The position numbers and the translations under genes are program-made. A model generated the notes under the pieces. It was not told the origin of the DNA and did not search any database. It saw only the letters and a program-made list of their open reading frames with translations. 14,190 nt of DNA. Source: a virus (taxonomy: Duplodnaviria > Heunggongvirae > Uroviricota > Caudoviricetes). Shown in pieces: positions 1 through 8,498 of this stretch (the first letter of the stretch is position 1; every line of letters starts with the position of its first letter). The stretch lies in the IMG/VR virus record IMGVR_UViG_2778261619_000008. One strand, 5' to 3'.

Positions 1-1236
1 CTACGATAACCGCGCATTCAACATGGCTATCTGTTCGTCGTTCATGTCATCAATCCACATACCGTAAATTTCATACACCATCTGCGCAGTTTCATGCCCC
101 ATTTGGCTGGCTATAAATGCCGGGTTCGCTCCTGCCGTCAACAGCCAGCAGGCAAAAGTATGCCGCGTATGGTACGGATTACGGCGGCGAATACCAGCAC
201 GTTTTACTGCTGCATTCCACCTTGCCCCCAAACTGCTTACCGAGTAATAAGGTTTTTGTTTTCCGTTACACACCCTGGGCATGAAAACAAAATGCAGTTT
301 TTGCTTTTCGGTTCTGCCGTACTCCCGATGATAAAAGGTGATTTCGCTTTTGCGATGATGCCCGGTCAGTTTGTATTGCTCCTTCAGTGCTTCAAGAGCA
401 GGCTGCAGTAGTGTTACTGTTCGGATCCCGGCATTTGTTTTTGGGGGACCGAACATATCAAGTATCGTCAGGTTTCTTCTGACATTCACTATTCCCTTTT
501 CGAGATCCACATCCTCCCACGCCAGAGCTGCCAGTTCCCCGTGACGAAGTCCTGAGTAAACGGCAAATTTCCACAAGTTCTGGCTCTGTCCTTTTTCACT
601 TTCCATTAATGCATTGAATTCTGTTTTAGATAACGGATCAGGCTTTATTCTGTTTCGCTGTAATTTTTTTACTCCTTCAAATGGTTTAGTTGATATAAAT
701 CCCGACTGATACGCAAAACGCAACAGCGAACAGAGCAGGGCGATATAGTTATCAACTGTGCGCACGGTTCTTCCTTTTTTGTTGGATCTTGGATTATCCA
801 GGTAAAGCGTTTCTCCATGCAGCAGTTCATTCCGGTAGTTTAAGATATCGCTATAACGAATATGTGATATCGGGGTACTTTCACAAATTATTATTCTGAG
901 TGTTTTTAATTGTGATTTCGTTTTCTTCATTGTGTTTGTTGTTAACTCTGTCTCTTTAATTTTTGTCCAGATATCACAAAGCTCTCCGAACGTTTTTATG
1001 ACTCTCGTTGTCACCATTTTTGCCCCAGTGCTGGACTGGGGAAAACGTCTTAAATACTCAAATTCACCGGAGTTTATTTCATGAACTATCAGCGATCTTA
1101 AATTTCCGGCCTTTTTAATATTACTGTTTGTAATCTCCCAGCCTTTTAATGTTTCCCGACATCGTTTTCCTCGAAACATGAACCAGATGCGAATGTATCT
1201 ACCTCTAATCTCGACACCTGTTGGTAATTTAGACAT
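1..1236 (-). CDS. intR: Prophage tyrosine integrase (Rac IntR-like), 411 aa
   Basis: Full-length ORF from the track (MSKLPTGVEIRGRYIRIWF... with C-terminal ...HTRHTFACWLL... catalytic region typical of tyrosine recombinases). Matches my memory of Rac IntR. The stop codon is the first three bases of the window. Confidence 0.93.
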   Translation of the reverse strand: MSKLPTGVEIRGRYIRIWFMFRGKRCRETLKGWEITNSNIKKAGNLRSLIVHEINSGEFEYLRRFPQSSTGAKMVTTRVIKTFGELCDIWTKIKETELTTNTMKKTKSQLKTLRIIICESTPISHIRYSDILNYRNELLHGETLYLDNPRSNKKGRTVRTVDNYIALLCSLLRFAYQSGFISTKPFEGVKKLQRNRIKPDPLSKTEFNALMESEKGQSQNLWKFAVYSGLRHGELAALAWEDVDLEKGIVNVRRNLTILDMFGPPKTNAGIRTVTLLQPALEALKEQYKLTGHHRKSEITFYHREYGRTEKQKLHFVFMPRVCNGKQKPYYSVSSLGARWNAAVKRAGIRRRNPYHTRHTFACWLLTAGANPAFIASQMGHETAQMVYEIYGMWIDDMNDEQIAMLNARLS

Positions 1237-1237
1237 A

Positions 1238-1453
1238 TCATGAGTCTTTGATAAACTGATTTATCTTTGGATAGTTGTACCAGATAATCCCTCGTTTGCT
1301 GTCTGGCTTACCTAAAGGAGATACTCGTTTGAAGTGGAAGCCCTCCACCCAACAGTTCTGGCGGTATGCTTCAATTTGTCTGGCCCCCAGACCAGTGCGA
1401 AGCATCAGGCCGTATTCAACCATCCACTCTTCATTAAAGATTACTTGTGCCAT
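1238..1453 (-). CDS. xisR: Excisionase-like protein (YdaQ/XisR-like), 71 aa
   Basis: Track ORF 1238..1477 begins at a TTG. The internal ATG at 1453 is preceded by a GAGGTG Shine-Dalgarno 5 nt upstream and gives [18 protein letters not shown]..., which I recognise as Rac YdaQ. It lies immediately downstream of int in the classic int-xis arrangement. Confidence 0.82.
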   Translation of the reverse strand: MAQVIFNEEWMVEYGLMLRTGLGARQIEAYRQNCWVEGFHFKRVSPLGKPDSKRGIIWYNYPKINQFIKDS

Positions 1454-1531
1454 CGCATCACCTCTGGCAGGCGCCAATGTTAGACTGAAATTGACGCCCG
1501 ATGTTGATTATTAATAATCAGCTATGAAGTT

Positions 1532-1741
1532 TTAATTTGAATACAATGCAATTCTCGAGGACTGAAGTTTCTCGCAATTAAAATTTATCAGTTTTACTTT
1601 CTGCTCTCTGGAAACGCCTGCTTCTTTTTTACCTGAGAGCATTTTTTCGCATTCTGATTTCGTTAGTTTAGATTTTGAATATCTTGTCCAGTTAGTAGGA
1701 GTGCCACCTTCCTTTTCAATAGTGGCGGTAATTTTATACAT
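1532..1741 (-). CDS. ydaC: Small prophage protein YdaC (RcbA-like), 69 aa
   Basis: Within track ORF 1532..1813. The ATG at 1741 (MYKITATIEKEGG...) is preceded by GGAGGTG 3 nt upstream. It overlaps the 3' end of ralR by 8 nt. Confidence 0.8.
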   Translation of the reverse strand: MYKITATIEKEGGTPTNWTRYSKSKLTKSECEKMLSGKKEAGVSREQKVKLINFNCEKLQSSRIALYSN

Positions 1742-1928
1742 GAACACCTCCATTATTATTTCCAGTGGTTCGTTTATTCCATCTTTCGAGTGCTTCTTTT
1801 TCACTTCCACCATAACCGGTTCGGGATTCGCATCCGTTACACTTCGCTCGGTAATATCCTGAAATGGCTTTCACCGTTACTGATGGACAACCACAAAATG
1901 GACATGGTTTAACATTGTCATATCTCAT
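1734..1928 (-). CDS. ralR: RalR (Lar) restriction-alleviation protein / type I toxin DNase, 64 aa
   Basis: Within track ORF 1734..1967. The ATG at 1928 gives MRYDNVKPCPFCGCPSVTVKAISGYYRAKCNGCESRTGYGG..., a Cys-rich zinc-ribbon-like protein matching my memory of Rac RalR. An in-frame ATG 4 codons upstream (1940) is an alternative start. Confidence 0.82.
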   Translation of the reverse strand: MRYDNVKPCPFCGCPSVTVKAISGYYRAKCNGCESRTGYGGSEKEALERWNKRTTGNNNGGVHV

Positions 1929-1984
1929 AATTTTTCTCATAAAAAATATTTCAAGTTGGCGGTGCATTACACCGCCAGGCTGAA

Positions 1985-2794
1985 TTATTCCTCTGAATTA
2001 TCGATTACACTGTATTCCCCGGTTAATACAGAGGAATCTGCAGGATCGATTGTCAGTGGTTCCTTTTCATCCATTGATACTGCACGCTGGATCTCAATTG
2101 ATACGGGCAGATATTTGAACAGGCGACGAATAGCCGTTTTCTTTGCCATTTCTTCCCAGTGAGTTACCCACGGCCCGTTATTACCAGCTTTACTCAGGCT
2201 GCGCACCAGCTCAATCTGTTTGCGCGTCATAACTTCAAACTGAGTACCTCCGTCTTTCAGTCTTGCGACAGCATAGACGTGGGTAACCGGGGCATCTTCG
2301 TTTTCTCCCGGGCGGTGTATTAACTTTTCATCAAGGCCAAATTCGAAGCTAAACTCGTCACCTTCACGGACAACACGGGCTGACAGGCTGGCGATTTGAC
2401 CAGAACGGCGAGCCAGATCAATCATGCCGCGATAGCCAATGATTAGCTGAACGTTCTTTTTACCGCTCTTTTCGTTTTTATTACCAAAAGGCAGTAAATA
2501 TGCATGACCGAGGGCGCTACCTGGCTCAAGTCCGAGCTGTGAACACTGTACGATCGCACTGACAAAACTCATAGTGTCACAGTTTCCTAACGCCGGAACT
2601 TTACGAATTTCTGTGGTGGCGATACGGATCATACGTTCAGCCGTCATATGGCGTGGAAGAGCTGCTGCCAGTTGCTCTTTCATTGATGGCTGGTTAATAA
2701 AACTAATCACGTCGCTATTTTTAACTGCTGCTGGTGCACGGTTTCCCTGAGTTTTTTGCAGATCGGCTTTTGCGATTGGTGGTTGCTTAGTCAT
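1985..2794 (-). CDS. recT: RecT single-strand annealing protein, 269 aa
   Basis: Track ORF 1985..2851. The ATG at 2794 ([16 protein letters not shown]...) has an AAGGA Shine-Dalgarno 8 nt upstream. Sequence and length match Rac RecT. The start lies inside the last 8 nt of recE. Confidence 0.93.
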   Translation of the reverse strand: MTKQPPIAKADLQKTQGNRAPAAVKNSDVISFINQPSMKEQLAAALPRHMTAERMIRIATTEIRKVPALGNCDTMSFVSAIVQCSQLGLEPGSALGHAYLLPFGNKNEKSGKKNVQLIIGYRGMIDLARRSGQIASLSARVVREGDEFSFEFGLDEKLIHRPGENEDAPVTHVYAVARLKDGGTQFEVMTRKQIELVRSLSKAGNNGPWVTHWEEMAKKTAIRRLFKYLPVSIEIQRAVSMDEKEPLTIDPADSSVLTGEYSVIDNSEE

Positions 2795-5387
2795 TTGCAT
2801 ATTCCTTAGCCCAGCGGGGCAGTGATAATGTCTTAATAGCTGGCCATTCATCGGTATTCAGGCAGTCAGACAGGGTTCGCAGATTGCGGTGATATTCCTG
2901 TTGACCTGCCAGTTTTGCTTCTTCGCCCATCATGAAAATTTCAACCGGATAACGTCCGCATTCAATAGTTGTGCTGGCAACCAGAAAAACGAAAGTTGGC
3001 TGCACTCCAAACTGTGCTTCATAACCGTCACTGTAGAATGCATCCTGAACGTGATAGCGGTAGTCGTAATAAGCGGTTTTGAATCGTTGAATATCCGCCG
3101 TAGTTTTCACGTCCATGATCCAGTGAAATTCAGGGATAATTTTGTCCGGACGGCACCGACACAAAATTCCTGTTTCAGGATCTTCCCAGTAAATTGATGA
3201 TTCAGCGTGTCCGGCGCTTTCAACAAGCCATTGCCCCAGCGGCAAAGCCATAACGCTTTGATACATGAGTTCAATTTTCCGGCCTTCTTCCGCAGTGATA
3301 ACCGTTTTTCCTGTGCTTGCGCATTCCATCAGAAACGCTTTCTCTTCTTCTTTTCCGGCGTTTGTACGGCGGTTAAATTCAGGTGCTACGATAAAGCGGT
3401 TACTGAATTCTTCCGGTTCAAGTACCCGGCAGTGGAAAGCAGTTCCTAAATCGAGCGTTTTTGTCTTTGTGGTGTCCACGGGGGCATTTTTACGCCACAA
3501 ATATAGTGCCGGAGTATCAGCAATGTCATCGAGCTGAGACTTACTGATACCGGGACCCGCGTGGTAATTCTCATTCGAAATTCCGTAATAAATACCTGGC
3601 TCTATGTCTTCTACGATTACGGGATCTGCGACTTCGCCAGTTTCATCACTGCAATCGCGATGGGGATCGCTGCCAGCATTCTCATTGTGCGGATGTTCAG
3701 CGCCTTCCATTTCCTCCGGATCATTTTCCTTAGCTTCAACCTGACTCTCTTCATCGAATGTTTCCTGGTATGTTGCGTCGCCCATCACCGCACCACAGTC
3801 AGGGCAGTTATCCCCGCCAGTCTGGCCGCAGGCATTGCAGGCTATTTCCGGTTCCTGTTGCACTACTGGCTCAGGTTGATTCATATCTGGGCTGGTTTTT
3901 TCCGTTTCTGGCTGGTTCTGGTACACACAATCGCGAGTCTGGATCCCCTTTACCCATTTCGGATCGTTCGGGTCGCTAATTCCGTCAACAAATTCACCAC
4001 GTGATGCAGCAAGCAATTTATCGGCATCGACAGGATTTTTTGATGGAATGTTTTTCCGGGCTTCATGGAGTTCTGCCCGCAGTTCCTGATATTTCGCATC
4101 AACAGAATTTACCTGTGACTGAGCATCCAGCGGCTGCGTGTCCTGATGATGTTCAGTTGCGTCCGGTTCCATTGTTTCAGCCTCTCCCTGTTCAACTGCC
4201 GTTGTTCCAGATGGTTGCGGTTTTTCTTCATCATCCTGTTTTCCTTCTTCTGTTACTCGCTGCGGCATCGGGGCAGAGGAGCGACCGCAGGCAATATCCA
4301 CGATTTCCGGATCAGGGTTGGCATGATCGGTTTCAGTCAGTACTTTGTTCAGATATTCAGTGACGTGCGCGGGGATGACCTCGATCCCAATTGGTGCTTC
4401 TTTTACGGACGCAACCACGATGGCGCGGGAATAATCCAGCCCGCCAGGCATGGTGATGAATTTGTCGCGGAAAACAGAAAAGGGCGGTTTATTTTCAGCG
4501 ATAATTTCCTCAATGCGTTTAGCGTGTGCCGGATGAAGGTTATAGATGTCCAGATCCATTGAACGGGCCAGTACGCCAGTGGCTACGTCGCGCGCCAGTG
4601 ACGTCAGATCGTGTACGAAACCTTCGCCGCGATCGGTGAGGTTTCCGCCGCCAGCATTAGCACCGGAAGCCGTGCGAGTGATGTGTGAAACACGATTACC
4701 CTTCATCCACTCTTTTGTCAGCAGTCCTCGATCGGTGTAGTCAGCGTTCAGGTATGCTTCGAAAAAAGCAGTTATCAGTCCCAGGTTTGAATTACCAGGA
4801 TTAGGGAAAACTTTGTCAGTGTCACGAACCAGTTTGTGGAGTTCGCGAATTTCCAGCGGGTCGAGCAGGCTGGTTTTGTGGGAAACAGCCAGGGCAGTAA
4901 CAGCCGGTAGTTCTTCAGCCCGAGCAATGTGTAATGCCTGGAGTCCGTCGCGTGAAACGTGCGTTACCGGTTTTTCGCTGCCGTGTTGAGCAAGCCAACG
5001 AATGGGCAGTTCCTGGCCAGAAATTGGGAGTAGCATATTCTCCTCAATCTCAGTCATGTCTTCGCCGTTGACGTTGGTATTGCCTTGATAGTGAGCGTTG
5101 TCTGGTGCTGCTCCCGGTTTTAGTTCCCATGTCATGGAGTCTTTGCTGAGTTGATAGCGTTCACTCCAGGTAAAATCGATCTCACCTTCAGCGGGCAGGT
5201 CATTAACGACAGGAAAATTCGTGGCAACAGCTTTAAAATAGCTGCTCAGTTTTTTACCTGACTTAACGATCAGGTAGTCCAGAGTGGCACAGGTCGATTC
5301 AAAATCGTTGCTTGCCCACAGGACGACGTCAGGTTCACCGGATGATTTTTTCGCTTTCCGTAACAGGAAGAGTGGTTTTGTGCTCAT
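2787..5387 (-). CDS. recE: RecE exonuclease VIII (5'-3' dsDNA exonuclease), 866 aa
   Basis: 866-aa track ORF ([24 protein letters not shown]...) with an acidic low-complexity middle and a C-terminal nuclease domain. Matches Rac RecE in sequence and length. A GAGG Shine-Dalgarno lies 9 nt upstream. Confidence 0.94.
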   Translation of the reverse strand: MSTKPLFLLRKAKKSSGEPDVVLWASNDFESTCATLDYLIVKSGKKLSSYFKAVATNFPVVNDLPAEGEIDFTWSERYQLSKDSMTWELKPGAAPDNAHYQGNTNVNGEDMTEIEENMLLPISGQELPIRWLAQHGSEKPVTHVSRDGLQALHIARAEELPAVTALAVSHKTSLLDPLEIRELHKLVRDTDKVFPNPGNSNLGLITAFFEAYLNADYTDRGLLTKEWMKGNRVSHITRTASGANAGGGNLTDRGEGFVHDLTSLARDVATGVLARSMDLDIYNLHPAHAKRIEEIIAENKPPFSVFRDKFITMPGGLDYSRAIVVASVKEAPIGIEVIPAHVTEYLNKVLTETDHANPDPEIVDIACGRSSAPMPQRVTEEGKQDDEEKPQPSGTTAVEQGEAETMEPDATEHHQDTQPLDAQSQVNSVDAKYQELRAELHEARKNIPSKNPVDADKLLAASRGEFVDGISDPNDPKWVKGIQTRDCVYQNQPETEKTSPDMNQPEPVVQQEPEIACNACGQTGGDNCPDCGAVMGDATYQETFDEESQVEAKENDPEEMEGAEHPHNENAGSDPHRDCSDETGEVADPVIVEDIEPGIYYGISNENYHAGPGISKSQLDDIADTPALYLWRKNAPVDTTKTKTLDLGTAFHCRVLEPEEFSNRFIVAPEFNRRTNAGKEEEKAFLMECASTGKTVITAEEGRKIELMYQSVMALPLGQWLVESAGHAESSIYWEDPETGILCRCRPDKIIPEFHWIMDVKTTADIQRFKTAYYDYRYHVQDAFYSDGYEAQFGVQPTFVFLVASTTIECGRYPVEIFMMGEEAKLAGQQEYHRNLRTLSDCLNTDEWPAIKTLSLPRWAKEYAND

Positions 5388-5488
5388 TGTTTTTTAACCT
5401 CAACTCAGATTAAAATTCGTTTTGTTCAGTGAATGATCTTGCCGGATACACACTGTTCATAGCCTGCGCCATACGCAGGCTATTTCTT

Positions 5489-5764
5489 TCAGATTTCACC
5501 TTTTAATTTCATTGCAATTAGAGTTGCCAGAAATTCGGCTTTTTTTTCTGCGGGCAGATTCTTTCCGATATGCACCAGGCACATTTTTTTGACACCTTCA
5601 TCAAGTGTTTTTACGTTGCCTGATGGACCATCGATATCAACCACAGTGAATGGGGTTTCTTTATTTTCTGTTTTAATTACGTAGCCAATGCGCTTTCCTT
5701 CCAGATTCACCTCGTGAACAATGTCATCGGTAGTTACAACAGTGGCTTCATAATTGGTAATCAT
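5489..5764 (-). CDS. racC: RacC prophage protein, 91 aa
   Basis: Within track ORF 5489..5812. The ATG at 5764 (MITNYEATVVTTDDIVHEVN...) is preceded by an AGGAG Shine-Dalgarno. Matches my memory of RacC. Confidence 0.83.
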   Translation of the reverse strand: MITNYEATVVTTDDIVHEVNLEGKRIGYVIKTENKETPFTVVDIDGPSGNVKTLDEGVKKMCLVHIGKNLPAEKKAEFLATLIAMKLKGEI

Positions 5765-5838
5765 GTTTTTCTCCTTAATTAAGGTTGAGCGAATACCTGC
5801 CATTTCTGGCATAAATTCAGTTTCGAATAGTCAATTAA

Positions 5839-6009
5839 TTAAAGTTCATGTGCCATCTGGTCTTTTTCGGCACAAGCTTCACTGCAATATTTTCTCGGTT
5901 CGTCTTTTGATAAAATCCCGTGCATGAAGTGAAGCATTCTTTCAATAGCTTTGCTTTCTTCAACGTCTTTTTTGCAAAGGTGGTAAGCACATTTTATTTT
6001 CTTAGTCAT
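5839..6009 (-). CDS. ydaE: YdaE-like small zinc-binding protein, 56 aa
   Basis: Not in the ORF track (below 60 aa); translated by hand from the minus strand: [56 protein letters not shown]. It has a CxxHxC ... CxxxC arrangement. Its ATG shares one base with the kilR stop codon (TGATG). Confidence 0.75.
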   Translation of the reverse strand: MTKKIKCAYHLCKKDVEESKAIERMLHFMHGILSKDEPRKYCSEACAEKDQMAHEL

Positions 6010-6230
6010 CACCATGACTCCGCCTTTACAGGTAAACCATCACGACCGAGGAAGACTTTAATCATGCGGTCAGTAATGCATGTTTTTGTGGTCAGGTTAC
6101 GAATATATAGTTTTCGCTTTTTAATATTGTTTGCCGAGGCAATATATGTCCGGCCTTCATGAAGAACATAATCGCCAGGAGTCACACACTGACGTGGTAT
6201 TTCATCAGTTCCGAAGTGATGTGCAATCAT
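6009..6230 (-). CDS. kilR: KilR cell-division inhibitor, 73 aa
   Basis: Within track ORF 6009..6242. The ATG at 6230 ([26 protein letters not shown]...) has a GGAG Shine-Dalgarno 5 nt upstream. Matches Rac KilR. Confidence 0.83.
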   Translation of the reverse strand: MIAHHFGTDEIPRQCVTPGDYVLHEGRTYIASANNIKKRKLYIRNLTTKTCITDRMIKVFLGRDGLPVKAESW

Positions 6231-6671
6231 AATTATCTCCATTTTTACAAATGAACTTTGTTGATGCGGTGCCTGGTGCCTCCAGGTGACTGCAACCAGT
6301 TAACAATTACAGTCGGCTTTCCCACCCAAACCAATAAGGACTAACATGACTTTTAACTGTGCCACGTGCGCTTAGCCGCATTCACCGCATCACAAAATTC
6401 ACTTTAAAAAGGGCGGACATCAGCCGAACTTCAAGAAAAAAACTGATGCCGCCAGGACTACACACAGCAATGTCGTTATTTACAACCGGAGGCGCACTCC
6501 CACCATTTAAATTTAACAGACAAGACCGACTCTTTATGGATATCGGAAATGCGCCTTCGTGTTGTGCCCGGTTTTATTTCACCACCTCCGGGCTTCGGTG
6601 GTCTCGGCTATACCCCTACAGCGAGAGCTTGTGTTAACATTTCAATACCCTTACAGTTGAGAGTTATTGAT

Positions 6672-7160
6672 ATGTTGGATGTATTTACTCCATTGTTGAA
6701 ACTTTTTGCTAACGAGCCACTCGAAAGACTTATGTATACGATTATCATTTTTGGTCTCACTCTCTGGCTGATACCGAAAGAGTTTACTGTCGCATTCAAT
6801 GCTTATACTGAAATACCTTGGCTCTTTCAGATTATCGTTTTTGCCTTTTCTTTCGTGGTCGCCATTTCCTTCTCAAGATTGCGAGCACATATTCAAAAGC
6901 ATTATTCATTACTACCAGAGCAACGAGTATTGCTTCGTTTATCTGAGAAAGAAATCGCTGTATTTAAAGATTTCCTTAAAACAGGAAATCTTATTATCAC
7001 TTCTCCTTGCCGTAACCCGGTTATGAAAAAATTAGAACGGAAGGGCATCATTCAACATCAGAGTGATAGCGCAAACTGTTCTTATTATCTCGTCACCGAA
7101 AAATACTCCCATTTTATGAAGTTATTCTGGAACAGCAGGAGTAGACGTTTTAATCGTTAG
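6672..7160 (+). CDS. sieB: SieB superinfection-exclusion protein B (membrane protein), 162 aa
   Basis: Track ORF 6549..7160. The ATG at 6672 (MLDVFTPLLKLFANEPLERLMYTIIIFGLTLWLIPKEF...) has a purine-rich (GAGAG) stretch upstream and gives hydrophobic N-terminal helices consistent with SieB. The upstream extension in the track is probably non-coding. Confidence 0.78.
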   Translation: MLDVFTPLLKLFANEPLERLMYTIIIFGLTLWLIPKEFTVAFNAYTEIPWLFQIIVFAFSFVVAISFSRLRAHIQKHYSLLPEQRVLLRLSEKEIAVFKDFLKTGNLIITSPCRNPVMKKLERKGIIQHQSDSANCSYYLVTEKYSHFMKLFWNSRSRRFNR

Positions 7161-7312
7161 CTTACTGTGTGCTTCTCCAACCATCGGCGCGCACCAGTTT
7201 CGGTTTTAAATGTTTTGCTTTTGGTATACGTCATGGCAGTGAACGTTCCATCCTGGTTGGGGAACACGCCGCACACCAGGGATTCGTTGTTGCCGAGGTC
7301 GATTTTTTGCAT
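7157..7312 (-). CDS. ydaF: YdaF-like small prophage protein, 51 aa
   Basis: Below the track cut-off; hand-translated: MQKIDLGNNESLVCGVFPNQDGTFTAMTYTKSKTFKTETGARRWLEKHTVS. Its stop codon overlaps the sieB stop on the opposite strand (convergent). Confidence 0.7.
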   Translation of the reverse strand: MQKIDLGNNESLVCGVFPNQDGTFTAMTYTKSKTFKTETGARRWLEKHTVS

Positions 7313-7322
7313 TTTGCGAATC

Positions 7323-7457
7323 TCACATCTTGTTGCTACGTATAGCGACTTCTGCCTGCCAGAGATCCCAGTCGTTGCTGCGTAAAGCCTGCACAGCCTG
7401 GTTGTAAGTGATACCGCAACAATCCATCAAATACTGAACTACTTCGTAATGCACCAT
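7323..7457 (-). CDS. ydaG: YdaG-like small prophage protein, 44 aa
   Basis: Below the track cut-off; hand-translated: MVHYEVVQYLMDCCGITYNQAVQALRSNDWDLWQAEVAIRSNKM. An AAGGGGA Shine-Dalgarno-like stretch lies upstream. It is 10 nt upstream of ydaF, suggesting a two-gene transcription unit. Confidence 0.7.
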   Translation of the reverse strand: MVHYEVVQYLMDCCGITYNQAVQALRSNDWDLWQAEVAIRSNKM

Positions 7458-7624
7458 CTTATCTATCCCCTTAACGCCGGGTGGCGGAACTAACTGCTGC
7501 ACTGCAAAATTTGAATCCCGCCGTCATGTTCATACGCCTCGGGCTGGCTACTTAACCCCTGACCACTGCCTGGTAACTCGAAGTATTGCCCGGCGTTCTG
7601 TGGGGCGGGGTGGGTTGGTAGGTA

Positions 7625-7672
7625 TATAATGTACTTTGTGTTCATCATTGTAAAGTACTTTAAGTACATTTT
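7625..7672. promoter_or_regulatory. Operator-like dyads downstream of racR / upstream of ydaG (lambda OL analogue)
   Basis: AATGTACTT (7628-7636) and its reverse complement AAGTACATT (7662-7670) flank the palindrome AAAGTACTTT (7652-7661). These share the TGTACT half-site with the racR-ydaS intergenic region. A perfect TATAAT lies at 7625-7630 on the plus strand, and a candidate TTTACA -35 lies on the minus strand. Confidence 0.45.
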
Positions 7673-7744
7673 GTGTATAAAAAAATGAGACGGGATAAAG
7701 TGAAGCACAAACCCGGAGGGGGACGCTACCGGATTTATGCTGGT

Positions 7745-8164
7745 TTAAGAGGCTTTTTGTTTTTTCTTTCGTGCTAACTCTTCGTAAATTGCATTGTACT
7801 TCTGTTTTTTCTCCTCAAGAGTTTTTAAAAGTTCATCTGTCTCACTGTCAGGGAGCTCGTCCAGAAGGTCAATGATGATTTTTTGTCTTGGATTTAACTC
7901 CTGATAGAAACGTATCTGTCCACTTTCTTCTGTATCCTCTCCCAAAAGATAGGTTGGTGTTGTTCCAATGAGTGTTGCTAATTCCCTTAATTTCTCTCGG
8001 CGAGGAATTGTTTCACCATTAAACCATTTGCTAACCGCTTTTGGTGTTAATTTCATTCGACGGGCAATTTCTGCCTGCCTTCCATGTTGTTCATAACCAG
8101 CGTTTTCACAGGCTAGCGCAAGCCTACTGGCGAACTCTTTACGCGCTTTATCTTCATGAACCAT
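7745..8164 (-). CDS. racR: RacR prophage repressor (CI-like, XRE-type HTH), 139 aa
   Basis: Track ORF MVHEDKARKEFASRLALACENAGYEQHGRQAEIARRMKLTPKAVSKWFNGETIP... has an N-terminal helix-turn-helix. It is divergent from the Cro-like gene. No Shine-Dalgarno precedes the ATG, and an in-frame stop lies 18 codons upstream, so the start cannot be much further 5'. Confidence 0.78.
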   Translation of the reverse strand: MVHEDKARKEFASRLALACENAGYEQHGRQAEIARRMKLTPKAVSKWFNGETIPRREKLRELATLIGTTPTYLLGEDTEESGQIRFYQELNPRQKIIIDLLDELPDSETDELLKTLEEKKQKYNAIYEELARKKKQKAS

Positions 8165-8243
8165 AAGTTCAATGATATTCGCTCTTGAATGTACTGTCAG
8201 TTCTGTTATAGCATGTACTCAAAGTTCACATTGTGAGGATGAT
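8165..8243. promoter_or_regulatory. Divergent racR / ydaS promoter-operator region (lambda OR analogue)
   Basis: 79-bp gap between divergent repressor and Cro-like genes. Two copies of ATGTACT (8189-8195, 8213-8219). A minus-strand -35 CTGACA (8195-8200), 17-bp spacer and -10 TATCAT (8172-8177) would place the transcription start at about the racR ATG (leaderless, like lambda cI from PRM). A possible plus-strand TTGAAT/TATAGC pair would serve ydaS. Confidence 0.55.
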
Positions 8244-8498
8244 ATGAACCAGAAAACACTTGAAGATGTAATCAAAACTGTTCGCGTTTCTGTTGTGGCC
8301 GACGTTTGTGGTGTCAGCCAAAGAGCAATCTACAAATGGATGGATAACGGAAAATTGCCTCGCACAGAATATACCGGCGAAACAAATTACGCTGAAAAAA
8401 TCGCTCATGCATCAAACGGATTATTTTCTGCCGATGCAATTTTAACTATTGGCAGAAATAAAACTACTACGAAAAAGCTGATGGGAGTTGATTCATGA
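8244..8498 (+). CDS. ydaS: YdaS-like Cro-type HTH regulator, 84 aa
   Basis: Track ORF 8172..8498. I chose the ATG at 8244 (GAGGA Shine-Dalgarno upstream) because the longer form would overlap the racR start. The ...GVSQRAIYKWMDNGKLPR... motif is typical of the YdaS/Cro-like family. Its stop overlaps the ydaT start (ATGA). Confidence 0.7.
   Translation: MNQKTLEDVIKTVRVSVVADVCGVSQRAIYKWMDNGKLPRTEYTGETNYAEKIAHASNGLFSADAILTIGRNKTTTKKLMGVDS

Noticed and set aside
94-411. 105-aa plus-strand ORF inside intR
   Set aside because: It is antisense to a well-supported integrase gene, has no RBS, and its Cys/Arg/Pro-rich composition is typical of a spurious frame.
2889-4740. Series of plus-strand ORFs (102-147 aa) overlapping recE
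   Set aside because: All lie antisense within the RecE coding sequence, whose 866-aa frame is intact and recognisable. Their low-complexity, Phe/Leu/Arg-rich translations are typical of antisense frames.
5920-6162. 80-aa plus-strand ORF across ydaE/kilR
   Set aside because: Antisense to two recognised small genes, with no start signals.
6549-6671. N-terminal extension of sieB to 203 aa
   Set aside because: The extension has no RBS, and the recognisable SieB sequence begins at the ATG at 6672.
7167-7385. 72-aa plus-strand ORF
   Set aside because: It overlaps ydaF and ydaG on the opposite strand. Those two hand-translated genes match the expected small Rac proteins in length and sequence.
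7490-7708. 72-aa minus-strand ORF (GTG start) spanning the operator-like region
   Set aside because: No RBS, Pro/Gly/Gln-rich composition, and it covers the palindromic operator sequences. More likely non-coding leader.
8172-8243. Longer 108-aa form of the ydaS-like gene starting at the ATG at 8172
   Set aside because: It would overlap the racR start and the divergent promoter region. The ATG at 8244 has a proper Shine-Dalgarno.
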